Positions 55,986 to 64,000 of a DNA stretch of 64,000 nucleotides are shown one piece after another. The notes below the pieces were generated by a model. The model was not told the origin of the DNA and did no database searches. It was given only the letters and a program-made list of their open reading frames with translations. A program made the position numbers and the translations under genes. Source of the DNA: Burkholderiales bacterium (GTDB lineage: Bacteria > Pseudomonadota > Gammaproteobacteria > Burkholderiales > Burkholderiaceae_C); the NCBI GenBank assembly GCA_017307855.1, contig JAFKGD010000015.1, forward strand, positions 33,496-97,495, given 5' to 3'. The first letter of the stretch is position 1. The number at the start of each line of letters is the position of its first letter.

Positions 55986-57140
55986 ATGAAGGCAGTGACT
56001 CACCTGTTCAAAGGTTCGTGTGTCGTGATCGCGCTGGCACTGACCGGCTGCGCTTCGGACGGCAGTTTCAGCTCAACCGCCGGTGCAGGAGGCGGCGGAG
56101 GCACGACTGGCGGTGGGGACAGCGGCTCCGGCAGTCCCAGGACCTTCACCAGTGTCGAGCGCGGCACCAACGCCGTGGCCACGATCGGCCAGGAGGCCGG
56201 CGGCCTGCTCGGCACGGCGGGCAATCTGGTCGAGCAGGTGGGCGGCAGCGTGGGTCAGGCCAGCCTTCCTTTGGTGGGCGCAGGCACTGCGCCCGCGCTG
56301 GGCGGCGTGCTCGGCAACACCGGCCAGGCCGTGGGGGCTGTCGGCGCTGGCGTGTCGTCGGGTCTCGGCCAGCTTGGCAACGTCGCAGATCCGATCGGCA
56401 ACACGGCCGGCGGCCTGCCGCCCGCCGTCCAGTCGCTGGGCCAGGCGGTGAGCAGCGCAGGCGAGGCCGTGCGCTCGGTCGATGGCGGTCAATTGGGCGT
56501 ACTGGCGCCCGTGACCAACACGGCTGGCGAGGTGGTCGATCGCACGGGCGGCCTCGTGACGCAAGTCGGCGGTCAGCTGGGTACGGCGCTCGATAGCGAG
56601 GGCGTGCGGCAGGTGACGGGCGGCCTGAGTGAAGCGGTGACGCCCGTGGTCGGCGGCGTGATGACGGGAACCCAGAGTGCCGGCGACATGCTGGGTGTGG
56701 GCCAGCCCGTCAACAACCTGCTGACACAGGTGGGCGGCGGCGTGCAGTCGCTTGGCGAAGCCATCTCCGGAGACGGCAACCGTCCGGTGGTGAACGAGGT
56801 GGGTCAGGTCGTCTCCGCCGCGGGCACGACGGTCGTCGCATTGGGCGGTGTGGTGCATGCCGACGGTAGCCAGGGCGCTGGTCTGGGCAGCCTCGGTGGC
56901 GTCCTCGGCTCGCTGACGGGCGGGCTCGCGGGCGGCTCGGGCAGTGGCTCCGGCGGCGGCAGCGTGGGTGTGGGCGGCGGTCTCGTGGCTGGCGTCGCCA
57001 GCACGGCAGGCAGCCTGGGCGTCGGACTGGGCGGTGGCGTAGGCGCAGGTGCCACGGGCTCCTCGGGTGGCACGTCGTCCACCGGCGGCCTGCTGGCCCC
57101 CGTGGGCAACCTCCTCGGCGGCCTGAGCGGACGGCGTTGA
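55986..57140 (+). CDS. Glycine-rich repetitive lipoprotein (no TPS domain)
   Basis: Start re-set to MKAVTHLFKGSCVVIALALTGCASDG, with RBS AAGGAG at 55972-55977. Lipobox L-T-G-C. The mature part is Gly/Val/Leu/Gln-rich with recurring xQVGGxxG units and poly-Gly/Ser tracts. 384 aa. Confidence 0.75.
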   Translation: MKAVTHLFKGSCVVIALALTGCASDGSFSSTAGAGGGGGTTGGGDSGSGSPRTFTSVERGTNAVATIGQEAGGLLGTAGNLVEQVGGSVGQASLPLVGAGTAPALGGVLGNTGQAVGAVGAGVSSGLGQLGNVADPIGNTAGGLPPAVQSLGQAVSSAGEAVRSVDGGQLGVLAPVTNTAGEVVDRTGGLVTQVGGQLGTALDSEGVRQVTGGLSEAVTPVVGGVMTGTQSAGDMLGVGQPVNNLLTQVGGGVQSLGEAISGDGNRPVVNEVGQVVSAAGTTVVALGGVVHADGSQGAGLGSLGGVLGSLTGGLAGGSGSGSGGGSVGVGGGLVAGVASTAGSLGVGLGGGVGAGATGSSGGTSSTGGLLAPVGNLLGGLSGRR

Positions 57141-57169
57141 GCCGGGCTGACGTTCATCGCCAGCACCGG

Positions 57170-58867
57170 ATGGCTTCCAGTACCAGGACCGCGCTCGCCT
57201 GGCTCTGCGCCCTGACTCTCGCGAGTCAGGGCGCGGTGTCGTGGGCGCAATCGCCCAGCGCGGGCAATCCGCTCGACCAGTTGCCGCAACCGCTGGACCG
57301 CACTCCGGCCGGCGGCGGCGTACAGGTCGAAGTCACGCCGGCGCCCGCGCCGGCCGCCACGGCCGACGCTCTGGCAAGGCAGTTCGTGCCTCGCCGCTTC
57401 GACATCGAGGGCGTGAAATCGGTGCCGTTCTCCGACATCGCGGCGCTGTTTTCTCCCCACGTAGGCAAACCGGTGACCGTCGCGCGTCTGGTCGAGCTCG
57501 CGCGCGAGGCGACGGCCCTCTACCAGCGCGACGGCTGGGGCCTGTCGTTCGTCTACGTGCCGTCCCAGGCCTTCGCCGACGGCGTGGTGCGCGTGGTGGC
57601 GGTGGAAGGCCACGTGGCCGATGTCCGGGTGGAAGGCGATGCCGGACGCTCGGCCGCGCGTCTGCAGGACATCGCGGCCCGCATCCGGACAGAGAAGCCG
57701 TTGCGGCGCGAAACCTTCGAGCGGTACTCGGCGCTTCTGGGCCGTCTTCCGGGGCTGACGGTGGAGGCCAGTGTGCCGCTGCCGGCGTCCACCGATGGCG
57801 CCTCCGTCATGACGCTCAAAGTGACGCGCAAGATGTTCGATGCCAACGTGGCTTCCGACCTGCGGCGGCCGCATCCGCGTGCCGTGGCGACGGCGACGCT
57901 CAACGACACCCTCACCCCCGGCGGACAGCTCTCGGTGTCGGCGCTGGTGGTCGGGCGTGAAGACGAGAGGCTGCAGGCCGTGCAGTACCGGCAGGCGATC
58001 GGTTCCGAGGGCCTTACCCTCAAGGCCGCGTTCTCTGCCTACCGGGGGGATCCCGACGGCACGCTGGGCCTTGCGTCCCCGTTCGACCGCCGCACCACCA
58101 ACCTGCGGCGCGAGCTCTCGGCGTTGTATCCGCTGCGCCTGGGACCCACGCACAGCCTCCTGCTGTCGGGTGGCCTGTACAGCGTCGACAACGTGGAGAC
58201 CACGGCCGATCCGGCCACCGGCAATTTCGTCGCCGACGATACACGCGTGCGAGCTGCCTTCGCGCAGCTGGCCTGGGAAGACAACCAGCCCCGGCGCGCG
58301 CGCTCGGCCAGTCTCCTGGTCGCGCGCGGACTCGACGGCAACGGTGCGGGCTCGTTCGTTCGCAGCAATGTGCCGGGCGCGGCCGGGCCGGGCACGGCAC
58401 GCGTGGACTTCACGCGCGCGTTGATCGAGCTGAAGGAATCGCGCCGCATCGGCGACGCCTGGGGCATCGTCGCCTCGGCCGCAGCGCAGGTCACACCGGA
58501 TACCCTGCCCACGACCGAGCGCCTGTCGTTCGGAGGGGCACGCTTCGGCCGTGCCTATGCGCCGGGCGAAACCTCGGGCGACCAGGGGTGGGGCCTGGGC
58601 TTCGAGGTCAACCGCCTCTTCACGCGGCCAGCAGGCGGCTGGGTGCGGCAAGTGCAACCCTACGTGTTGCTGGAGGCTGCACGCGCGTATGGCGAACTGG
58701 GAACGCCCGTGCCGTCGAAGTTGGGCTCGGCGTCACTGGGTCTGCGGCTCGCCGATCTCAAGCACTACATGCTGGATTTCTCGGTGTCGCGCGCCGTGGG
58801 CGAGCGGCCGCTGGAGAATCCCGACCGCGAACCGCGCCTCGTCGTGCAGTTCAGCTTCCGCCTGTGA
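57170..58867 (+). CDS. ShlB/FhaC/HecB-family (TpsB, type Vb) outer-membrane transporter
   Basis: Signal peptide MASSTRTALAWLCALTLASQGAVSWAQ. POTRA-like FDIEGVKSVPFSDIAALFSPHVGKPVTVARLVELAREATALYQRDGWGLSFVYVPSQAFADGVVRVVAVEG. C-terminal beta-barrel ending in F-S-F-R-L. An alternative TTG start at 57137 overlaps the lipoprotein stop. Confidence 0.85.
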   Translation: MASSTRTALAWLCALTLASQGAVSWAQSPSAGNPLDQLPQPLDRTPAGGGVQVEVTPAPAPAATADALARQFVPRRFDIEGVKSVPFSDIAALFSPHVGKPVTVARLVELAREATALYQRDGWGLSFVYVPSQAFADGVVRVVAVEGHVADVRVEGDAGRSAARLQDIAARIRTEKPLRRETFERYSALLGRLPGLTVEASVPLPASTDGASVMTLKVTRKMFDANVASDLRRPHPRAVATATLNDTLTPGGQLSVSALVVGREDERLQAVQYRQAIGSEGLTLKAAFSAYRGDPDGTLGLASPFDRRTTNLRRELSALYPLRLGPTHSLLLSGGLYSVDNVETTADPATGNFVADDTRVRAAFAQLAWEDNQPRRARSASLLVARGLDGNGAGSFVRSNVPGAAGPGTARVDFTRALIELKESRRIGDAWGIVASAAAQVTPDTLPTTERLSFGGARFGRAYAPGETSGDQGWGLGFEVNRLFTRPAGGWVRQVQPYVLLEAARAYGELGTPVPSKLGSASLGLRLADLKHYMLDFSVSRAVGERPLENPDREPRLVVQFSFRL

Positions 58868-59774
58868 CAGCGCGGCCACGGGGCTTGAGCAGGCCCGTGG
58901 CCAGCCCCGTACCCAGGAGGATCACGGCGCCGCATGCCACCATCCACGGAGTGATCGTCTCACCCAGGAAGATCGCGCCGAAGACCACCGCGAACACTGG
59001 CACGACGAAGGTGACGGCCAGCGCGCGCGTCGGCCCGGCCTGCTCGAGCAGGCGGAAGAACAGAAGGTAGGCCACGCCGGTGGACAGCGTGCCTGCTGCC
59101 AGCACGGCCATCCACGCCTGCATGCTGGGCCACTGGCTCGGCATGAACCACAGGGCCGGCAGCAGCAGCCCCACGGTGGCACCGATCTGGCTGCCTGCGG
59201 CCGTGAGCACGGGTGGCAAACCCTTGGCGTGCCGGCGTGTGTAGCTCGCCGCGATGCCGTAGCACAGCGTGGCCAGCAGGCACGCCAGCACGGCCCAGCC
59301 CGTGGCCAGGCCCGAGGCGTCGGGGCGGAAGCTGGCCTTGTTCCAGGCCAGCATCACCACGCCCGCGAAGCCCACGGCCAGTCCGAGCGTGCGCCAGCGG
59401 TCGGGGCGATCGCCCAGCCACACCCACGCCACCAGCGCGCCGAACAGCGGCGTGGTCGCGTTGAGGATGGCCGACAGGCCCGACGTGATCGACAGCAGCG
59501 CGAAGCTGTAGCACGCGAACGGAATGGCTGAATTCACCATGCCCACGACGAGCAGCGGGCGCCAGTGCTGCCGCATTCCGCTGCCCAGGCCGCGCAGCAG
59601 CAACAGCGGCAGCAGCATCAGCGCGGCCACGGCCGTGCGCAACGCCGCCGTGGGCAGCGCGCCGAATTCCTGCGTGGCCACGCGCATGAACAGAAACGAA
59701 CAACCCCACGCGGCCGAAAGCAGCAGGAAATCGAGCACCCAACGGTGGCCCGGCGCCGAGCGCGGTGCAGTCAC
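58851..59774 (-). CDS. EamA/DMT-family transporter
   Basis: Ten-TM pattern with two EamA repeats (LLLSAAWGCSFLFMRVA...). The GTG at 59774 (GTGA overlap with the ogt stop) is chosen because upstream track sequence is ogt shadow. Start is uncertain. Confidence 0.75.
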   Translation of the reverse strand: MTAPRSAPGHRWVLDFLLLSAAWGCSFLFMRVATQEFGALPTAALRTAVAALMLLPLLLLRGLGSGMRQHWRPLLVVGMVNSAIPFACYSFALLSITSGLSAILNATTPLFGALVAWVWLGDRPDRWRTLGLAVGFAGVVMLAWNKASFRPDASGLATGWAVLACLLATLCYGIAASYTRRHAKGLPPVLTAAGSQIGATVGLLLPALWFMPSQWPSMQAWMAVLAAGTLSTGVAYLLFFRLLEQAGPTRALAVTFVVPVFAVVFGAIFLGETITPWMVACGAVILLGTGLATGLLKPRGRAVTGGS

Positions 59775-60358
59775 GCGCGCTGCCCCGCCGTCGCCAGGCC
59801 AATGGCGCGCTCGCCGAAGTCCAGCCCTGGTGAATCCAGTGGCGATGGCACCCGCGACGCCGGCCACGCGCCTTCGAGCGTGAGCAGCGCTTGCTTGCGG
59901 TGCAGCCCGCCGGCATAGCCGGTGAGGCTGCCGCCGTGCCCCATCACGCGGTGGCAGGGCACGATGATCGATACCGGGTTGCGGCCCACCGCCGCGCCCA
60001 CGGCGCGCACGGCCGAGGCGCGGCCGATCTGCCGGCCCAGCGCGCCGTAGCTCGTGGTCGTGCCCGGCGCGATGCCCAGAAGTGCCTGCCACACCGCCTG
60101 CTGGAACGCCGTGCCGCCCGAGAGATCCAGCGGCAGGTCGAACATCAGGCGGCGGCCCGCAAAGTACTCCTCGAGCTGGCGCCCGGCGGCGTCGAGCACG
60201 GCATCGGCGGTGTCAGCGGATGCCCAGGCCGAACCGTCGGGCTGATGGCGCTGGCCGTCGAACCACACGCCGGCCAGGCCTGTGGGGCTGGCCGCCAGGA
60301 TCATCGGGCCGAGCGGGCTGTCATGGCGGCGTCGCCGCAAGGTATCGGGGAACTTCAT
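59771..60358 (-). CDS. ogt: Methylated-DNA--protein-cysteine methyltransferase
   Basis: Start re-set to MKFPDTLRRRR (ATGA overlap with the upstream gene). Active-site IIVPCHRV motif. Confidence 0.9.
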   Translation of the reverse strand: MKFPDTLRRRRHDSPLGPMILAASPTGLAGVWFDGQRHQPDGSAWASADTADAVLDAAGRQLEEYFAGRRLMFDLPLDLSGGTAFQQAVWQALLGIAPGTTTSYGALGRQIGRASAVRAVGAAVGRNPVSIIVPCHRVMGHGGSLTGYAGGLHRKQALLTLEGAWPASRVPSPLDSPGLDFGERAIGLATAGQRA

Positions 60359-61851
60359 GATGTCGTTGTCCTTGTCGTCTCGGGTGGCCGGTCCCAGGCG
60401 CGCAGCACGGCGTAGCTGCGCCATGGCTTCCAGGCCTGCGAGGCGGCCTCGGCCGTGCGCGCCGTGGGCGTGTCCAGCGCCTTCTGCAAGGCGATGTCTC
60501 CGGCCGGAAAGGCATCGGGCCAGCGCAGCGCACGCATGGCGATGTACTGCGCCGTCCAGTCGCCGATGCCCGGCAGCTCGCACAGGCGCCGCACGGTGTC
60601 GGCATACGGCACGCCCGGATGCAGCGGCAGCGTGCCATCGGCGGTGGCCCGCGCGATGGCTCGAAGGGCGGCCTGCCGCTGGCGCACGATGCCGAGCTGG
60701 CCCAATGCATCGGGGTCGGCGGCCGCCAGCACTTCGGGCGCGGGGAACAGGTGGGTCAACTCGGGCAAGGGTGTGGCGACGGGCTCGCCGAAGCGCTCGG
60801 CCAGCCGCCGTGCCAGCGTGCGTGCCGCCGCCACCGTGATCTGCTGGCCGAGGACGGCGCGCATGGCAAGCTCGTAGCCGTCCACCGTGCCGGGAACACG
60901 CAGGCCCTCGCTGCCCGGGAAGTGCGGCAGCAGCGTGGCATTGATGGCCTTCGGGTCCGCATCAAGGTCGAGCAGCGAGCGCACGCGCTGGATGACCTGC
61001 GGCAGCGCCGTACGCAGGCCGTCGGAGACGCGCAGCACCACCTGAGACCGTCCGGCGTCGAACTCGCACGCCAGCCATCCCGTGAGTGTGTGACCACCCG
61101 AGCGCAGCCGCAGCGTACGTGCCAGCCGCGGCGTGGCGGGCGATGCATCGACCCACTCGATACCCGGCAGGTGCCGCCGCTCCAGGAAGCCGAGCATGGC
61201 CGTCACGTCGTAGGGCGGCCGATAGCCCAGCCTGACTACCGAGCCTTCGATGCCGGCAGCCCTGCGTGCCGGCTCCTGGCGCCGCAGCTGCGTGGGATTG
61301 AGGCCGTAATGTTCGACGAATGCGGCGTTGAAGCGCCGCAGGCTGGCAAAGCCGCTGGCCAGCGCCACCTGGGCGATGGGCAGGTGGGTGTCGGCCAGCA
61401 ACTGCTTGGCGGTGAGCAGCCGCCGCGTCTGCAGGTACTGCAGGGGCGACACGCCGAACTGCGCCTCGAAGATGCGGCGCAGGTGGCGATCGCTCACGCC
61501 CAGACGCCCGGCCAGCTGGGCCGGCGAGGGCGGGGCGTCGCTCCAGGCCTCGGGATCGTCGAGCCAGCGCGCGGCCTGGTGGGCAAGGATGTACGACGCG
61601 TCCTGGATCGACCACACGATGGAGTGCGGCGCCAGCTCGGGACGGCAGCGCAGGCAGGGCCTGAAGCCCGCGGCCTCGGCCTGCGCCGCGTGGCCGAAAA
61701 AGCGGCAGTTCTCGCGGCGCGGTGTCCGCACGCGGCAGACGGGGCGGCAGTAGATGCCGGTGGAGGTGACCCCGGTGAAGAAGCAGCCGTCGAAACGCGC
61801 ATCGCGCGCCTGCAGCGCGAGATAGAAGGCGTCGTCGGCAGCGAGGGTCAT
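60355..61851 (-). CDS. Ada-N/AraC regulatory domain fused to an AlkA-type DNA-3-methyladenine glycosylase II
   Basis: Start re-set to MTLAADDAFYLALQARDARFDGCFFTGVTSTGIYCRPVCR. Cys-rich Ada Zn domain, AraC HTH (RHLRRIFEAQFGVSPLQYLQ) and HhH-GPD region (LPGIGDWTAQYIAMRAL). Confidence 0.85.
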   Translation of the reverse strand: MTLAADDAFYLALQARDARFDGCFFTGVTSTGIYCRPVCRVRTPRRENCRFFGHAAQAEAAGFRPCLRCRPELAPHSIVWSIQDASYILAHQAARWLDDPEAWSDAPPSPAQLAGRLGVSDRHLRRIFEAQFGVSPLQYLQTRRLLTAKQLLADTHLPIAQVALASGFASLRRFNAAFVEHYGLNPTQLRRQEPARRAAGIEGSVVRLGYRPPYDVTAMLGFLERRHLPGIEWVDASPATPRLARTLRLRSGGHTLTGWLACEFDAGRSQVVLRVSDGLRTALPQVIQRVRSLLDLDADPKAINATLLPHFPGSEGLRVPGTVDGYELAMRAVLGQQITVAAARTLARRLAERFGEPVATPLPELTHLFPAPEVLAAADPDALGQLGIVRQRQAALRAIARATADGTLPLHPGVPYADTVRRLCELPGIGDWTAQYIAMRALRWPDAFPAGDIALQKALDTPTARTAEAASQAWKPWRSYAVLRAWDRPPETTRTTTS

Positions 61852-62030
61852 GCGGTCGATGATACGGTGCCGATGGCGCCTGACTCGCCGTTTCCGGACA
61901 TGCCCATGTCGCGCCATGCCAGGGGATGGCGAGGCGGATGCGGCGTTGGCTGACACGGGTGCGCGCGGGTGCAAACCTACAATGCCGGCTCCGTTCCCGC
62001 GGCCCGGCCGCGTCACGAAAGCTCTCCGCC

Positions 62031-63422
62031 ATGCAGCTGTCTCCCTCCATCTTCAAGGCCTACGACATCCGCGGCATCGTGCCCTCCACGCTCACGCCCG
62101 AAGTCGCCGAAGCCCTCGGCCGTGCGTTCGGCACGCAGGCGAGGAACGCTGGCGAGAAGCGCGTGGCCGTGGGCCGCGACGGACGTCTGTCGGGCCCCGA
62201 GCTGTCGGCGGCGCTGGTGCGCGGCCTGGCGGCCACGGGAATCGAGGTGATCGACATCGGCGTCGTCACCACGCCGATGCTGTATTTCGCGGCCGCCACG
62301 CTGGCCAATTCGGGGATCCAGGTCACGGGCAGCCACAACCCCAGGGACTACAACGGCTTCAAGATGGTGCTGGCTGGCCGTGCGATCTATGGCGACGAGA
62401 TCCAGGCCCTGCGCCGAATCATGGAAGAGGAAAGCTGGCAGCTCGCCCCCGGCGGCAAGGTGTCCAACGTCAACGTGTTCGCGCCTTACCGCGACCGCAT
62501 CGTGGGCGACGTGAAGCTCGCGCGTCCGATGAAGATCGTGGTGGACAGCGGCAACGGTGTGGCCGGTGCCTCGGCCCCCGCGATCTTCCGGGCGCTGGGA
62601 TGCGAAGTGATCGAGCTGTTCAGCGAGGTGGACGGCAACTTCCCCAACCACCATCCCGATCCGAGCAAGCCCGAGAACCTCAAGGACCTGATCGCCGCGC
62701 TGCAGTCCTCCGATGCCGAGCTGGGCCTGGCCTTCGACGGCGACGGCGACCGTCTGGGCATCGTCACCAAGAGCGGCCAGAACATCTATCCCGACCGGCA
62801 GATGATGCTGTTCGCGCGCGACGTGCTCTCGCGCGTGCCGGGTGGCCGGATCGTGTTCGACGTGAAGTGCTCCCAGCGCCTGGCGCCCGCCATCCGCGAG
62901 GCGGGCGGCGAGGCGTTGATGTTCAAGACCGGCCACTCGCTCATCAAGGCGAAGATGAAGGAAGTCGATTCGCCGCTGGGCGGCGAAATGAGCGGCCACA
63001 TCTTCTTCAAGGAGCGCTGGTTCGGCTTCGACGACGGCACCTACGCGGGCTGCCGCCTGCTGGAGATCGCCAGTCGCACCGACGATCCGTCGGCGCTGCT
63101 CGAAGGACTGCCCACCAGCCACTCGACACCCGAGATCAATGTGGCCTGCGCCGAAGGCGAGCCGCACGCGCTGGTGGCCGAACTGGTGGCGCGCGCGCCG
63201 CAAGAGGACTTCGGCGCCGGCGCCCAGGTGTCCACCATCGATGGCGTGCGCATCGACTGGCCCGATGGCTTCGGGCTGATCCGCGCTTCCAACACCACGC
63301 CGGTGCTGGTGCTGCGCTTCGAGGGCCACGACGAGAAGGCGCTGCACCGCATCGAGGAGCGCATGCTGGTGCTGCTTCGCAGCGTCAAGCCCGACGCCGT
63401 GCTTGGCGCGTCGGCCCACTGA
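62031..63422 (+). CDS. Phosphomannomutase/phosphoglucomutase
   Basis: Start re-set to MQLSPSIFKAYDIRGIV. Active-site TGSHNPRDYNGFK, Mg loop FDGDGDRLG, and GEMSGHIFF. Confidence 0.92.
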   Translation: MQLSPSIFKAYDIRGIVPSTLTPEVAEALGRAFGTQARNAGEKRVAVGRDGRLSGPELSAALVRGLAATGIEVIDIGVVTTPMLYFAAATLANSGIQVTGSHNPRDYNGFKMVLAGRAIYGDEIQALRRIMEEESWQLAPGGKVSNVNVFAPYRDRIVGDVKLARPMKIVVDSGNGVAGASAPAIFRALGCEVIELFSEVDGNFPNHHPDPSKPENLKDLIAALQSSDAELGLAFDGDGDRLGIVTKSGQNIYPDRQMMLFARDVLSRVPGGRIVFDVKCSQRLAPAIREAGGEALMFKTGHSLIKAKMKEVDSPLGGEMSGHIFFKERWFGFDDGTYAGCRLLEIASRTDDPSALLEGLPTSHSTPEINVACAEGEPHALVAELVARAPQEDFGAGAQVSTIDGVRIDWPDGFGLIRASNTTPVLVLRFEGHDEKALHRIEERMLVLLRSVKPDAVLGASAH

Positions 63423-63447
63423 GCCACCACACCGCTTTCCGAGATGG

Positions 63448-63474
63448 GAGCGCCCTGTGGGGCGCTCTTTTTTT
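63448..63474 (+). terminator. Rho-independent terminator
   Basis: gagcgccc-tgtg-gggcgctc hairpin followed by a run of seven T, 26 nt after the phosphomannomutase stop. Confidence 0.8.
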
Positions 63475-63640
63475 GTGCGTGCGCGACGCCCGTGCCCATG
63501 CGGCGCTGGCATGCGCCGTGCTTTCTCGAAATCAGAAAACTTTCCTCGAAATTCTCTACCCATGAGCGGAATCGCCATTCCTATACTGAATTTGCCCGCC
63601 CCTCTCCGGCGCTTCTTTCCCCCTTCCGCGAAGTCCAGCC

Positions 63641-64000
63641 ATGACCGATCCTTGCACCTCCCCGAGCCTCACCGTCTCCCGCCGACGTTTGGCACTGGCC
63701 TCCATGGCCGGCGCCGGCCTGTGGCACCTGGGCGCCGCCGCGCAGCCGGCCTTGCCCAAGGTGCGCATCGGCGTCGGCAGCCTCACGCTCAACGCCGCCA
63801 TGCCCTACGTGATGATGCCGCCGGTGCTGGGCTACTGGCGCAGCGAGGGCTACGACGGCGAGGCGTTCTCGGCGCAGAGTTCCGTGCAGGCCGTGCAACT
63901 GCTGGCCGCGGGCCGGGTGGACTTCATCCAGGTGAATTCCGCGCCGATGGTTCAGGCCGTCATCCGCAACCGCCTGCCGCTGCGCGCGGTGATGGTGTCC
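63641..64000 (+). CDS. ABC transporter substrate-binding protein, NMT1/SsuA-like (5' part only)
   Basis: MTDPCTSPSLTVSRRRLALASMAGAGLWHLGAAAQP (Tat-like signal), then KVRIGVGSLTLNAAMPYVMMP...VDFIQVNSAPMV. Runs off the window. Confidence 0.7.
   Translation, partial: MTDPCTSPSLTVSRRRLALASMAGAGLWHLGAAAQPALPKVRIGVGSLTLNAAMPYVMMPPVLGYWRSEGYDGEAFSAQSSVQAVQLLAAGRVDFIQVNSAPMVQAVIRNRLPLRAVMVS

Noticed and set aside
55608-56003. Upstream extensions of the hypothetical ORF (to 56003) and of the lipoprotein ORF (from 55878)
   Set aside because: The two extensions overlap each other on opposite strands inside the control region. The lipoprotein has an AAGGAG RBS and signal peptide at 55986, and the hypothetical protein has plausible starts at 55607 or 55577.
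50657-58867. Calling the accessory segment a mobile genomic island
   Set aside because: No integrase, transposase, tRNA target, phage or conjugation gene, or flanking direct repeat was found. The compositional difference was judged only by eye. It is kept as a finding, not as a mobile_element feature.

Overview
High-GC chromosomal segment, most likely from a Burkholderiales/Comamonadaceae-like betaproteobacterium. This is inferred from three orphan Bug/TctC binding proteins, the argH-algZ-algR arrangement and strong GC3 codon bias. I call about 52 protein-coding genes and found no rRNA, tRNA, CRISPR array, transposase or integrase. Most of the long Arg/Ala/Gly-rich ORFs in the six-frame track are antisense or out-of-frame shadows of real genes. 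Many track ORFs also carry false N-terminal extensions, so I re-set starts using RBS position and family-typical N-termini.

Content from left to right:
- A sulfatase gene plus an ABC-importer/2OG-oxygenase/GntR cluster.
- yaaA, a prolyl-4-hydroxylase-like gene and queF.
- A bacteriophytochrome kinase and, about 4.5 kb downstream, a BLUF photoreceptor with an unassigned C-terminal domain.
- dinB and small LysR-controlled catabolic modules.
- A TerC / Sbt-like permease / NhaR-like module.
- A lactate dehydrogenase-like gene and an enolase-superfamily/TctC module.
- An envelope block: alpha-2-macroglobulin, DUF1330, PbpC, YccS, an OpgC-like protein and an SGNH hydrolase.
- A DegP / two-component system / glycine-zipper module with shared direct-repeat boxes.
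- gdhA, argH and an algZ/algR-like pair.
- An accessory-looking segment of about 8 kb (50.7-58.9 kb).
- eamA, ogt, an ada/alkA fusion, a phosphomannomutase gene and a partial binding-protein gene.

The 50.7-58.9 kb segment is the best candidate for something undescribed. It contains a RES-domain-like protein translationally coupled to a soluble, motif-degenerate LytS-type kinase and a LytTR regulator. It also contains 9-12-9 LytTR-style direct repeats, a hybrid histidine kinase, an unassignable protein, and a glycine-rich repetitive lipoprotein coupled to a ShlB/FhaC-type (TpsB) transporter with no TpsA cargo.

All domain calls come from reading motifs in the translations. No searches or computations were run.
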